NCBI GenBank assembly: GCA_032128875.1
Contig: JAVLKG010000002.1
Span: forward strand, 448,001 to 512,000
Direction: 5' to 3'
Length of the DNA: 64,000 bases
Source: Candidatus Melainabacteria bacterium 17Bon1m
Lineage (GTDB): Bacteria > Cyanobacteriota > Vampirovibrionia > Obscuribacterales > Obscuribacteraceae
Below the pieces are notes generated by a model. The model saw only the letters and a list, made by a program, of their open reading frames with translations. It was not told the origin of the DNA and did no database searches. Position 1 is the first letter of the stretch, and every line of letters starts with the position of its first letter. Shown here in pieces: positions 37,860 through 47,352 of this stretch. The translations under genes were made by a program, and so were the position numbers.

Positions 37860-38609
37860 TTACTTGCCGGCAGTCGTTAGTTCCGGCGCAAAGTCTGTCT
37901 GCAAGAACGACTGCAGAAAAAGTTGCTCGCAATCGTTTCTCAACTCATTCAAGTCTTTTGCTGTGTCTATTGCTTTCCAGAATGATTGAGTAGGATAGGC
38001 TTTTAGAAGACCTTGCTCTGCCAGCAGCGGGAATGTACCGACTTCGTGGTCGCCTTTGTCCGGCAGCTCATCTACGATTTCTGGTTCCAAAACATAGATG
38101 CCGGCATTTACCCAAAGCGGTAATTCCGGTTTTTCTTTGAACGCCGAAACGTTCATGCTTTCATCAATTTCGATGATGCCGTAATCGCATTTGAGCGGCA
38201 CTGTGACAATCGTGGCCAGAGGTTTGTGTTTTCTATGGTAGCGGACGACCGATGAAAGGGCGAGATTCGTGATGATATCGCCGTTCATTGCCAGCACCGG
38301 TTCGTTTTTAGGTACAGAGCCGTGTTTGAGGGCTTGCTTTAGTGCTCCACCTCGTCCCAGTGGGGTTTCCTCAATCAAATAATTGATCTCGACTGAATGG
38401 CTGCTTCCGTCTCCAAAATAGTCTTGAATCAACTCATGCTTATATCCGCAGCACAGAGTCATTTTCTTGAATCCATGCAGGATCAGAAGTTTGATTTGAA
38501 GCGAGAGTAACGGGTTGCCTAAGACCGGAATCATGCATTTAGGCTTGTCTTCGGTGAAAGGTCTTAGCCTTTCACCTTTGCCGCCGCAAAGAATGATGAC
38601 ATGTTCCAT
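37860..38609 (-). CDS. Sugar-phosphate nucleotidyltransferase
   Basis: GGKGERLRPFTEDKPK, EETPLGRGGAL, NGD, FKEKP, VNAGIY. Confidence 0.92.
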   Translation of the reverse strand: MEHVIILCGGKGERLRPFTEDKPKCMIPVLGNPLLSLQIKLLILHGFKKMTLCCGYKHELIQDYFGDGSSHSVEINYLIEETPLGRGGALKQALKHGSVPKNEPVLAMNGDIITNLALSSVVRYHRKHKPLATIVTVPLKCDYGIIEIDESMNVSAFKEKPELPLWVNAGIYVLEPEIVDELPDKGDHEVGTFPLLAEQGLLKAYPTQSFWKAIDTAKDLNELRNDCEQLFLQSFLQTDFAPELTTAGK

Positions 38610-38727
38610 TAGGCGCCACCTAAAGATGCCAGTAGATTATCCCACAGCGCCATGCGCCTTTGATTTGAGCGTTCTCAGATGAGGTTGCCCACCTCGCACG
38701 TTGCCCATCTGGATCGTTGCTAAGCGC

Positions 38728-39534
38728 TCAATTGCCGCGCAGTAGGTGTTCTTTGGGTGGCATCTGCCCGTCCTCAAAGTGTTTGAAAACGCCGAGATCC
38801 AATTTGAAACTATCAGGGCGTACCGAAATGTCTCCGGAGAATGGATAGCCGAAAACAAAAACTAGAAAAATGTTCAACGCCAAAGTCATCGCGACCAGGA
38901 TGGTCATTAAGACTTGAGTCTTTAAACTTTCGACGGCGAAGAAGTAAGTGAAGATCAAAGTGAAAACTCCACCTACGATAAGTACAATCCACATCACTGG
39001 GGCGACACCGTGAGATGCGCTTACTAAGCGAGTTCTGCGGCTTTCCGTCACTTCACAGATTTCAGATATTAGTTGCTGCTGAAGCGCCTCCTCGCGCGGT
39101 GTTTTCGGATCGAAGGTAGTGATTTCCTTCCAAAGTCCCCATGTGTTCTTAAATGCCTCAGGGCTGTATCCTCCTTTCTCAAGGAGAGGCCATTCGTCTT
39201 TAATGACGATTTCCGCATAGTCTCTGCAATGCGTTCGAATAGATATCTGCAGATCTTTAGGCAAACCGTGTGCAGCAAGAAAAATGTTGCAGAGGTGCGT
39301 CGCCTCGTTGTCGACGATTACCCGAAGATCTTGTTGATGTTGCATTGCGTCGACCACGACAAAACCAAGCAACACGGCATATAGAGTGCCGATTACAGAA
39401 AGAAGATGACCGGCAACTTCATGATGTGTAATTAGCTGCTGGACTCCAACTTTCTTTCTCACCAGAAGCATTCCTGCTACAGCGAGCGCCGTGGTGAAAA
39501 CTATGAAGAGTCCACCAGCTAGATAAGAGTTCAC
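38728..39534 (-). CDS. DUF4239 (bestrophin-like) membrane protein
   Basis: GTLYAVLLGFVV, RRTRL, YPFSGDISVRP motifs. Confidence 0.8.
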   Translation of the reverse strand: MNSYLAGGLFIVFTTALAVAGMLLVRKKVGVQQLITHHEVAGHLLSVIGTLYAVLLGFVVVDAMQHQQDLRVIVDNEATHLCNIFLAAHGLPKDLQISIRTHCRDYAEIVIKDEWPLLEKGGYSPEAFKNTWGLWKEITTFDPKTPREEALQQQLISEICEVTESRRTRLVSASHGVAPVMWIVLIVGGVFTLIFTYFFAVESLKTQVLMTILVAMTLALNIFLVFVFGYPFSGDISVRPDSFKLDLGVFKHFEDGQMPPKEHLLRGN

Positions 39535-39545
39535 GATATACGCCT

Positions 39546-41261
39546 TTAGAGTCCGAGGAAATCCGGTCCGCTGCCTTGAGAGGTCGGCTTAACGCGAAGG
39601 TTTACCTCCGGACAGACGATTTCACAAGTGCGGCAGTGTACGCAGTTTTCCAAAGACATTCCGTGTCTTTTCACCTGGTCGATAATGTCGACGCGGTGTA
39701 CTTCGGCTGTACAGTCGGCAACGCAAGGTGTTGTCTTGCCGAAGCCATCGTATTTGGAGATACACTTCACGCACACGTCGGCATTGAATTCGTCGATGTG
39801 TTGGTTGCCTTCGTGATACTTCGTCCCGGCGAAGAATACAGCGTCAGCGCGAGAGTAAATAGTTGCTTTCTCGTACTGCGGCTCTTCGAATTTCGGTGGG
39901 ACGAATTCGGGAATGATGTGCTTCCAGTCGGGCTCATACTTGATAGGACCAATATCGAATTTACCTTCGATGAGTCCAAGCGATCTAATACCGTCTTTGG
40001 GAGCTTTGAATGGGTTTTTGAAACCGATTTTGAGCATGCCGATCCACGGTGTGGACTTGTCGATGCTCTTCACCATTTCAGGCAAGTATTGACCCAACAA
40101 ACGCGGGTTTTCTTGGAATGCATAACGGAAATAACGATTGTTGAAAGACTCTTTGACGACAAAGCTGTCTTTCAAACGTGCGTCATACGCTTCAAGAGCG
40201 CTCTCAGAGCTGTCACCCTTCATCAAGGCGTCAAATACAACTTGTGCACCCACATAACCGCACTCCATAGCGCGGTCAATGCCGGCTAGATTTTTTACGT
40301 CGAGCACGCCAAGAGCATCGCCTAGAAGCAAGCCGCCATTGAAGTGAAACTTCTTGGGCAAGCTGTAATAGCCGCCTTCAGGCAGCAATGCAGCACCGTA
40401 TTTGAGCAGTTTGCCACCCTTGATCATGTCTTGAATCCATGGGTGTTTTTTATACTCTTGCAGTTTCAGCTGCGGATTCATGTTTGGATCCGGGCTGTCC
40501 AGACTGATGACCATTCCAATAGTCAGTTTGTTGTCTTTCATACCGTAGACGAAGCCACCACCGAAGGTGCCATCGAGGAGAGGCCATCCCAAGGTGTGCC
40601 AAACTTTTCCTGCGTAATCGCCCTCAACTTGCCAGACTTCTTTTACGCCTACAGACCAGATTTGCGGGCAATCTCTCAATTTGAAATGGTCGATTACGTC
40701 GCGTGAGATAAATCCTTTGTCGCCAAAACATGTGTATTTGGCGTAAACATAATCGTCTTCAGATTTCGGATCTTCAGAAACAGCCACGCCGGCTACGCGT
40801 CCATCTTCGAAAACAACTTTATGAGCGGAAAAGCCAGTATAAGGATCGACACTGACATTGGTCACTTCTTTCGCTTTTTCCATGACCTGATTGGCGAGCC
40901 AGCCGGTCACGTAGCTCAAAGTCAGTACCAAATAGCCTCTCTTGTCGAAAGACTTCGGATACATCTTAGGTGGCATGTCCCATTTCTTTTGAAGGGAAAG
41001 AACCGACATATTTGATTCGGTGCATTCCGCTTCGATGGGAAAGTTCTTTTCTTTGTAGTCCGGGAAGACTTTCTTCAAAACATGCGGATTAGAAACGGCG
41101 CCGCTCAAAATGTTCGAGCCAAAATCCTTTCCCTTTTCGAGAATTGCAATCGTGAATTCCTTGCCGCTCTCTTTGGCAAGTTCAAGAAATCGATAAGCGA
41201 GCGTCAAATTGGATGGACTGCCGCCTACCAAAAGAAGATCGTACTCAATGCGCGCTGACAA
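39546..41261 (-). CDS. ETF:quinone oxidoreductase (FixC-FixX fusion)
   Basis: FAD-binding N-terminus, ILSGA, GVKEVW, HTLGWP, PEGGYYSLPK, GD; C-terminal 8-Cys Fe-S domain. Confidence 0.9.
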   Translation of the reverse strand: MSARIEYDLLLVGGSPSNLTLAYRFLELAKESGKEFTIAILEKGKDFGSNILSGAVSNPHVLKKVFPDYKEKNFPIEAECTESNMSVLSLQKKWDMPPKMYPKSFDKRGYLVLTLSYVTGWLANQVMEKAKEVTNVSVDPYTGFSAHKVVFEDGRVAGVAVSEDPKSEDDYVYAKYTCFGDKGFISRDVIDHFKLRDCPQIWSVGVKEVWQVEGDYAGKVWHTLGWPLLDGTFGGGFVYGMKDNKLTIGMVISLDSPDPNMNPQLKLQEYKKHPWIQDMIKGGKLLKYGAALLPEGGYYSLPKKFHFNGGLLLGDALGVLDVKNLAGIDRAMECGYVGAQVVFDALMKGDSSESALEAYDARLKDSFVVKESFNNRYFRYAFQENPRLLGQYLPEMVKSIDKSTPWIGMLKIGFKNPFKAPKDGIRSLGLIEGKFDIGPIKYEPDWKHIIPEFVPPKFEEPQYEKATIYSRADAVFFAGTKYHEGNQHIDEFNADVCVKCISKYDGFGKTTPCVADCTAEVHRVDIIDQVKRHGMSLENCVHCRTCEIVCPEVNLRVKPTSQGSGPDFLGL

Positions 41262-42372
41262 CTGCTTCTACCTCTCGTCCGGACTGTACTGCCTTAAACT
41301 GTTTGATCAACTCAGGCAAAACCTGATAGACATCGCCCACGATTCCGTGATGCGCAAATTTGAAAATTGGTGCATCCGCATCTTTATTGATGGCCAAAAT
41401 CATTGTTGATTTAGACATGCCGACACGGTGTTGAATGGCTCCGGAAATACCGCAAGCGATGTAGAGCTTTGGCCTTACGGTTTTGCCTGTTTGACCGACC
41501 TGGTGCTGATACGGGATCCAGCCAAGGTCAACCACCTTTCTGGAAGCACCAACTGCCGAATTCGGAAAACATTTTGCCAGTTCATAAAGAAGGTTGAAGC
41601 CTTCTTTTGTACCCATACCGTAGCCACCACTGATGATGACATCAGCTTCGGTTAGTTTTACGCCTTTCGCGATTTCTCTGACCGTATCGGCAACGCTAAG
41701 ACGGCTATCTTCTTCCTTGAATTCGACATTCAATTTGATGATTTCGCCTTTGCGGTTGGTATCGCTTTTAAGTGGAATCATCACGCCCGGGCGGGTAGTT
41801 GCCATCTGCGGGTTCTTCCATGGTCCGAGAATTCTTGCTTTGAGACTTTCGCCGAAGCTTGGACGAATCGCATAAAGGCAATTTGGATACAAACCAATTT
41901 TGCTGGGATCGACTTTACTTTTGTGCTCGTAAGGCCCGATGTCCAACTCAGTACAGTCTGCGGTCAAACCAGTATCGAAATGCGCTGCAATGCGTGGTGC
42001 CAAGTCGCGACCAGTCGTTGTAGACCCTAACAAGCAGGTGTGTGGAGGCTCAGGAAGTGACTCGAGGAAATCGCAAACAACACGTCTGTACGGCAACGTA
42101 CGATAGCATTCCAACTCTGGATGATCGGCAACATAGACTCTGTCAGCGCCATGTTCGATCAACTTTTGTGGAATGTCGCCGAGATTGTGTCCCATGACGA
42201 TGGAAATCAGCGGTTTTTCCATTTTGTCGGCAAGCAGTCTTCCTGCGCCGAGAAGCTCAAGAGTGACAGGTTGCAATTCGCCCAGAATATGCTCGGCTAC
42301 TACCAGCACTTCTCCTTTAGGGCAATACTGCGAAACGTCTACTTCGGCGACGACTGGGGCTTCTTCTGTCAT
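41245..42372 (-). CDS. etfA: Electron transfer flavoprotein alpha subunit (FixB)
   Basis: GLTADCT, RPSFG, QVGQTGKTVRPKLYIACGISGAIQH. Confidence 0.95.
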   Translation of the reverse strand: MTEEAPVVAEVDVSQYCPKGEVLVVAEHILGELQPVTLELLGAGRLLADKMEKPLISIVMGHNLGDIPQKLIEHGADRVYVADHPELECYRTLPYRRVVCDFLESLPEPPHTCLLGSTTTGRDLAPRIAAHFDTGLTADCTELDIGPYEHKSKVDPSKIGLYPNCLYAIRPSFGESLKARILGPWKNPQMATTRPGVMIPLKSDTNRKGEIIKLNVEFKEEDSRLSVADTVREIAKGVKLTEADVIISGGYGMGTKEGFNLLYELAKCFPNSAVGASRKVVDLGWIPYQHQVGQTGKTVRPKLYIACGISGAIQHRVGMSKSTMILAINKDADAPIFKFAHHGIVGDVYQVLPELIKQFKAVQSGREVEAVVSAH

Positions 42373-42435
42373 TTTGTTATTCCGGTGTTTGGGATTCTAT
42401 TTTTTCGGACGAAAATTTGTTTTTAAATCCTGTGC

Positions 42436-43272
42436 TTATGAAGCAACCAGATAGTCCTTGATGTTCGAGCTCTTGAGTAATTCTTGAACAAGTTCTTCAG
42501 GTGAATGACCTTGGTGAACAACACAGCTTCCACCAATTTCACCGACCTTTTCAGTGGCGGCAACGATTGTCGGAGAGCCCTTCAGACCACAACGCTCAAT
42601 ATCGGCACCGACCAAATCGAGATCGATTGTTTTGATGAATTTGCCTAATTCTTCCGGATTGCGCTGCAACTGCTGCACTCTGTAAGTTCCGGCAAAAGAC
42701 TTATATTCGAGCGGATGATAGGAATTCGCAACGGTGACTAGTACCGGCGGGTCGACTACAACCTTCTGGTACCCGCCTTCAATAATGCGTCGTGCATGAA
42801 GTTTTTCATTCTCAATCGAGAAATCTTCACAGTAAGTGACCTGTGGAAGGTTCAATCTTTCCGCCAGCTGCGGTCCGACTTGAGCCGTATCACCGTCAGT
42901 TGTTTGCAAGCCACAGAAAATGAAGTCGAATTTGCCTACATAGTTGATTACTTTGTAAAGCGCATAAGCGGTCGCCAAAGTGTCTGAAGCTGCCAGCCGG
43001 CGGTCTGAAAGGAGAAATCCGCGATCTACGCCGTGTTCCAGAGCTTCCAGGAGGATTTCTACTGCCGGGGGCGGGCCCATAGAAATTGCTGTGACAGTGC
43101 CGCCGTATTTCTTTTTGACATGTAAGGCTGCTTGCAGTGCATATCGATCAAACGGGTTCAGCATTCGTTTGGCGCGCGCCCGGTCAATTGTGCCGTCCGG
43201 GTTGATACCCGCTTTAGAACCCTGGTCGGGCACCTGCTTGACCATCACAAAGATGTTGTACGACCGTGCCAT
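42436..43272 (-). CDS. etfB: Electron transfer flavoprotein beta subunit (FixA)
   Basis: KQVPD, NPFD, SMGPP, DTLATA, QTTDGDTAQVGP, GLKGSPT. Confidence 0.95.
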   Translation of the reverse strand: MARSYNIFVMVKQVPDQGSKAGINPDGTIDRARAKRMLNPFDRYALQAALHVKKKYGGTVTAISMGPPPAVEILLEALEHGVDRGFLLSDRRLAASDTLATAYALYKVINYVGKFDFIFCGLQTTDGDTAQVGPQLAERLNLPQVTYCEDFSIENEKLHARRIIEGGYQKVVVDPPVLVTVANSYHPLEYKSFAGTYRVQQLQRNPEELGKFIKTIDLDLVGADIERCGLKGSPTIVAATEKVGEIGGSCVVHQGHSPEELVQELLKSSNIKDYLVAS

Positions 43273-43571
43273 TAACTGCTTGAGCCTCCTCGATTTTTCA
43301 GCTATTTACAACGAGCTGAATCTATATCCGTGTTAGCCAGACTTCTGGGGCGCTAACTCGGTCCGGCTATTTTAGCCGCCAATGACTATTTCAATAGCTT
43401 TTCTAAATAAGGAGCTTAACTGTAATTGTTTTTTCTCTTTTGACACGCGGAATGGCACGAAAATCATTACGAAATCGGGTCGTCGGTGGAAAATTTGCCA
43501 GCCGATATCGGCTCGATATTTCAGTATCATTATGTTCTTTCAAGCAATTCCCAATAAAAGGTGAAAACCAG

Positions 43572-45644
43572 ATGTCTTTTCGCGTTCCCAAAACCTTCAC
43601 CTGGCTTGCTTTTAGCCTTCTTTTGATGACAAGCGGAGGCGCGCCTGCTTTGCCGGCATTGGCCCAAGAAGAAACAAAGCCCGCGCAGGAAGAAGCCAAG
43701 TCCATGCAAGAAGAAGGAAAAGCGACTGGCGATGAAGGCAAAGCCGCGCTGGAAGACAAGACCGCAAAAGACGGCAGCCCCGAGCCGGTAGCCAAAAACG
43801 TCAAGAGTGATGGAAAGGAAGCTTTTGCAAGCTCGCCGGTTAAACAGACAAAGAAAGATAAGAAATCGCCATCCGAGCCCGCCAAAGTTGTGGCGAAAGA
43901 AACAGCCAAAGCGCCTCGCGCAGCGAAGTCTAAAGAAGCCTCCGACAAAGGTGATGCTCGCAAGTATTACCTCACGCTTATAGACAATTACTTCGATGGT
44001 GTTTTCAAACTAGAGCCGCATTATGCAACCGAGCTAGGAATACACGAATACGATTCTTTGCTGCCGGACATGAGTCCGGAAGGAATGAAAAAGCAGAATC
44101 GTTTTTACAGAGACTATCTCAAAAAGTTCGAAGCACTCGACACATCTCCTCTTTCCGAGAAAGATCGACTGGACCTGGCACTTGTTGTCAGTCAGATCAA
44201 AGACAAACTTTTGGAAAACGAAGAGATTGCCAGTTACACACGCAATCCTGCCACTTACAGTGAATTGGCTTGTGCCTCTGTTTTCGCTTTAATGAAACGC
44301 AATTTTGCCGAGCCGGCGGAGCGACTGAAGAGCGTCATTGCCAGAGAAAAAGCGATCCCGGAAATGCTGAAGGTGGGGCGCTCGAACATAAAAGTAGAAG
44401 CTGTGCCGAAAGTTTATGCCGAAATCGATCTCGAACAATTACCTGGCATCATCTCGTTTTTCGAAAAGGATGTGCCGAGTGCGTTTGATTCGGTAAAGAA
44501 TGCGTCTCTCAATCAAGAGTTTGCGGATTCTAATAAGGCTGTAATTGCTGCCCTGAAGGCGCATGAAACATATGTGCGCAAGGAAATACTTCCGAAAGCC
44601 AAGGGGAATTATTCGCTTGGAAGCGAACTTTATAAGAAGAAGCTTCTGTATCAAGAGATGGTGGATGAGCCGATCGACGTCTTGTACCAACGCGGTATGA
44701 CCGAACTGCGCCGTTTGCAAAAGGATTTTGCTCGCACTGCACATGCGCTTGATCCCAATCGCTCAGCGCTGAAAGTCTTCGAAGGCGTTTCTTCCAAACA
44801 TCCTGAGCCAGCCGAGCTAATTGATTCAGTCAAGAAAGTATTGGAAGATTTGCGACGCTTTTGCGTGGAGAAGCCGATTTTGACTATACCTTCAGAGGAT
44901 CGCGCCTCTGTTGCCGAAACACCTCCATTCGCTCGCGCACTTTCTTTTGCTTCAATGGACACGCCTGGTCCATTCGAAAAGAAAGCCAAAGAAGCCTATT
45001 ATTTCGTCACTTTGCCTGAAAAAGATTGGCCGGCCAAACGTGTCGAAGAACACATGCGCAGCTTCAGCTTTCAGGATGTGCTCAATACGAGCGTGCACGA
45101 AGCTTACCCGGGACACTATGTTCAATTTCTCTGGGTCAATACCAACCCTTCGAAAGTTCGTAAATTGAGTGGTTGCGGCTCCAATGTAGAGGGATGGGCG
45201 CACTACTGCGAGCAGATGATGGTTGATGAAGGTCTGGGCTCCGGAGATCTCAAACTGCGATTAGCTCAATTGCACGACGCTCTTCTGCGCTGCTGCCGCT
45301 ATTTAGTGGCGATAAAAATGCACACAGATAAGATGTCGGTGGAGGAAGCCACCGACTTCTTTGTGAGAGAAGGCTTTCAGGAAAGAGCCAATGGTGAGCG
45401 TGAGGCTAAGCGGGGAACAAGTGACCCCACATATCTCGTCTACACCCTGGGTAAACTTCAGATTATTGCTTTGAGAGATGAGTACAAAAAAATGAAAGGA
45501 CAGGAGTACTCTCTGAAAGCATTTCATGACGCCTTTTTATCAACCGGATGTCCGCCCATAAAGCTCGTGAGAGCAGAGCTTTTGAACGATTATTCTGCGT
45601 TTCCTGCCGCAACAAAAAATTCGAAGGCGACTAAAAAGAAATAG
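43572..45644 (+). CDS. Exported DUF885 family protein (putative metallopeptidase)
   Basis: HEAYPGH, EGWAHYCE, YTLGKL, FHD motifs; signal peptide from ATG 43572. Confidence 0.9.
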   Translation: MSFRVPKTFTWLAFSLLLMTSGGAPALPALAQEETKPAQEEAKSMQEEGKATGDEGKAALEDKTAKDGSPEPVAKNVKSDGKEAFASSPVKQTKKDKKSPSEPAKVVAKETAKAPRAAKSKEASDKGDARKYYLTLIDNYFDGVFKLEPHYATELGIHEYDSLLPDMSPEGMKKQNRFYRDYLKKFEALDTSPLSEKDRLDLALVVSQIKDKLLENEEIASYTRNPATYSELACASVFALMKRNFAEPAERLKSVIAREKAIPEMLKVGRSNIKVEAVPKVYAEIDLEQLPGIISFFEKDVPSAFDSVKNASLNQEFADSNKAVIAALKAHETYVRKEILPKAKGNYSLGSELYKKKLLYQEMVDEPIDVLYQRGMTELRRLQKDFARTAHALDPNRSALKVFEGVSSKHPEPAELIDSVKKVLEDLRRFCVEKPILTIPSEDRASVAETPPFARALSFASMDTPGPFEKKAKEAYYFVTLPEKDWPAKRVEEHMRSFSFQDVLNTSVHEAYPGHYVQFLWVNTNPSKVRKLSGCGSNVEGWAHYCEQMMVDEGLGSGDLKLRLAQLHDALLRCCRYLVAIKMHTDKMSVEEATDFFVREGFQERANGEREAKRGTSDPTYLVYTLGKLQIIALRDEYKKMKGQEYSLKAFHDAFLSTGCPPIKLVRAELLNDYSAFPAATKNSKATKKK

Positions 45645-45745
45645 GCAGATGTTGCATTTTCTCTTGCAATGAAAGGACTCAAATTGCTGGAAGACATAAG
45701 AATAGCTGGGTCTCACACAAAGAACGCGCGGAGGGCGCACCAATA

Positions 45746-46285
45746 ATGAAGAATGAAATCAAGAGTTCGAATGTGAGAACCAGATTTGCAAATATTTTTG
45801 CACTGGCGACTGTTGCTATTACCGGGCTGAACCTATTTGGGGTGGCGCCGCAAGCTCAGGCTCAAGGCAATGCGCCAGGTGCTAGTGCCGACAAGAAGTT
45901 GATTGCGGTCAATGACTTGATGTGGAGCACTAGTTTGGCTACCAGCCTTGCTCAAGGAAAGCTAAAGAGGAAGTACGTTCTGGCCGACATCTACACGGAT
46001 TGGTGCGGTTGGTGCAAGCGCTTGGATCGCGACACTTTCTCCAATCCACAGATGATGTCTTATTTGAATACGAAATGGGTTTGCGCCAAAATCAACGCCG
46101 AAGGCTCGGCAGAAGGCAAAGAAGTGGCCAGCAAATATAGAGTGAGCGGATTCCCGTGTGCTCTTGTATTTGACCCGTCGGGCAAATTCATTGGCAAGCT
46201 CAGTGGTTATTTCAAACCCGATGACTATCAGAAAGCACTCGAAGACTTGATCAAAAACCCGCCGTCCGACCCTTACGCGGAATAA
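45746..46285 (+). CDS. Exported thioredoxin-fold protein
   Basis: Signal peptide, DWCGWC, cis-Pro loop SGFP. Confidence 0.88.
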   Translation: MKNEIKSSNVRTRFANIFALATVAITGLNLFGVAPQAQAQGNAPGASADKKLIAVNDLMWSTSLATSLAQGKLKRKYVLADIYTDWCGWCKRLDRDTFSNPQMMSYLNTKWVCAKINAEGSAEGKEVASKYRVSGFPCALVFDPSGKFIGKLSGYFKPDDYQKALEDLIKNPPSDPYAE

Positions 46286-46319
46286 GTCGAGGCAATACGA
46301 CTCTCGGGCTATGAACCTT

Positions 46320-46425
46320 TGTACTGGCTGAACTGGCTGTACTGGCGAGTAACCCTGGCGCAAGCCGCAATTGAACCTTAGCTAATGTTAACGGGCTTGC
46401 CAGTCAATCCTGACCTTGACTGGCA
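46320..46425. promoter_or_regulatory. Direct and inverted ACTGGC repeats upstream of fabI
   Basis: TGWACTGGC x3 at 46320-46346; TGCCAGTCAA-N8-TTGACTGGCA at 46398-46425. Confidence 0.55.
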
Positions 46426-46528
46426 GGTGTGGCATAATCTTTGGTCAGTTCAAGGGCGTGCTTTGAGGCATCGTCCCTTCGTGCCAAACAATGTGGCACC
46501 ACAATTTTGATTTTCAGGAGAACTACCC

Positions 46529-47338
46529 ATGTCTCAGGCTACGGAAAGCAAAGAGCTTACACGCAATGAAAACGGTATGCTCAAAGGCAAGAAAGGCATC
46601 ATTTTTGGTGTGGCAAACGACCACAGTTTGGCATGGGCGTGTGCAAAAGCGCTCTACAGTGAAGGTGCGGAACTGGCATTTACCTACCAAGCCGAAGCAC
46701 TCGAGCGTCGTATCAAACCGCTAGCAGAAAGCGTCGGCAGCAAATTCGTCGACATGTGCGATCTGGGCAAAGACGAAGACATCAAGGCTACTTTTGAAAA
46801 ACTAGGCAAGCACTGGGACAAAATCGATTTTGTTGTTCATGCTGTTGCCTTTGCTAACAAAAAGGACTTAGAAGGACACTTCGTCGACACTACGCGTGAG
46901 GGGTTTGCGCTGGCGCTTGATGTGAGCGCTTATACCCTGACTGCAGTCACTCGTGCGGCATTGCCAATGATGACTGACGGCGGCAGCGTCGTGACGCTCA
47001 CATATTATGGTGCAGAAAAGGTTGTTCAAAATTACAACGTAATGGGTGTTGCTAAAGCCGCATTGGAAGCTAGCGTTAGATATCTGGCCGCCGACTTGGG
47101 CGAAAAGAACATTCGTGTTAATTCGATTTCTGCCGGTCCGGTAAGAACACTTGCCGCCATGGGCATCGCTGGTTTCAGAGATATGCTCAAATTCGTTGAA
47201 CAACGCGCACCACTCAAACGCAATGTTCAAGCTGAGGAAGTCGGCAAGACTGCTCTCTACCTCACCAGCGACCTGGCATCTGGCGTCACCGGTGAGTGCA
47301 TTCACGTCGATTGCGGATACAGCATCATCGCTCTGTAA
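46529..47338 (+). CDS. fabI: Enoyl-ACP reductase
   Basis: GVANDHSLAW, YNVMGVAKAALE, SAGPVRTLAA. Confidence 0.96.
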   Translation: MSQATESKELTRNENGMLKGKKGIIFGVANDHSLAWACAKALYSEGAELAFTYQAEALERRIKPLAESVGSKFVDMCDLGKDEDIKATFEKLGKHWDKIDFVVHAVAFANKKDLEGHFVDTTREGFALALDVSAYTLTAVTRAALPMMTDGGSVVTLTYYGAEKVVQNYNVMGVAKAALEASVRYLAADLGEKNIRVNSISAGPVRTLAAMGIAGFRDMLKFVEQRAPLKRNVQAEEVGKTALYLTSDLASGVTGECIHVDCGYSIIAL

Positions 47339-47352
47339 TTCCCGGAGGGTTG

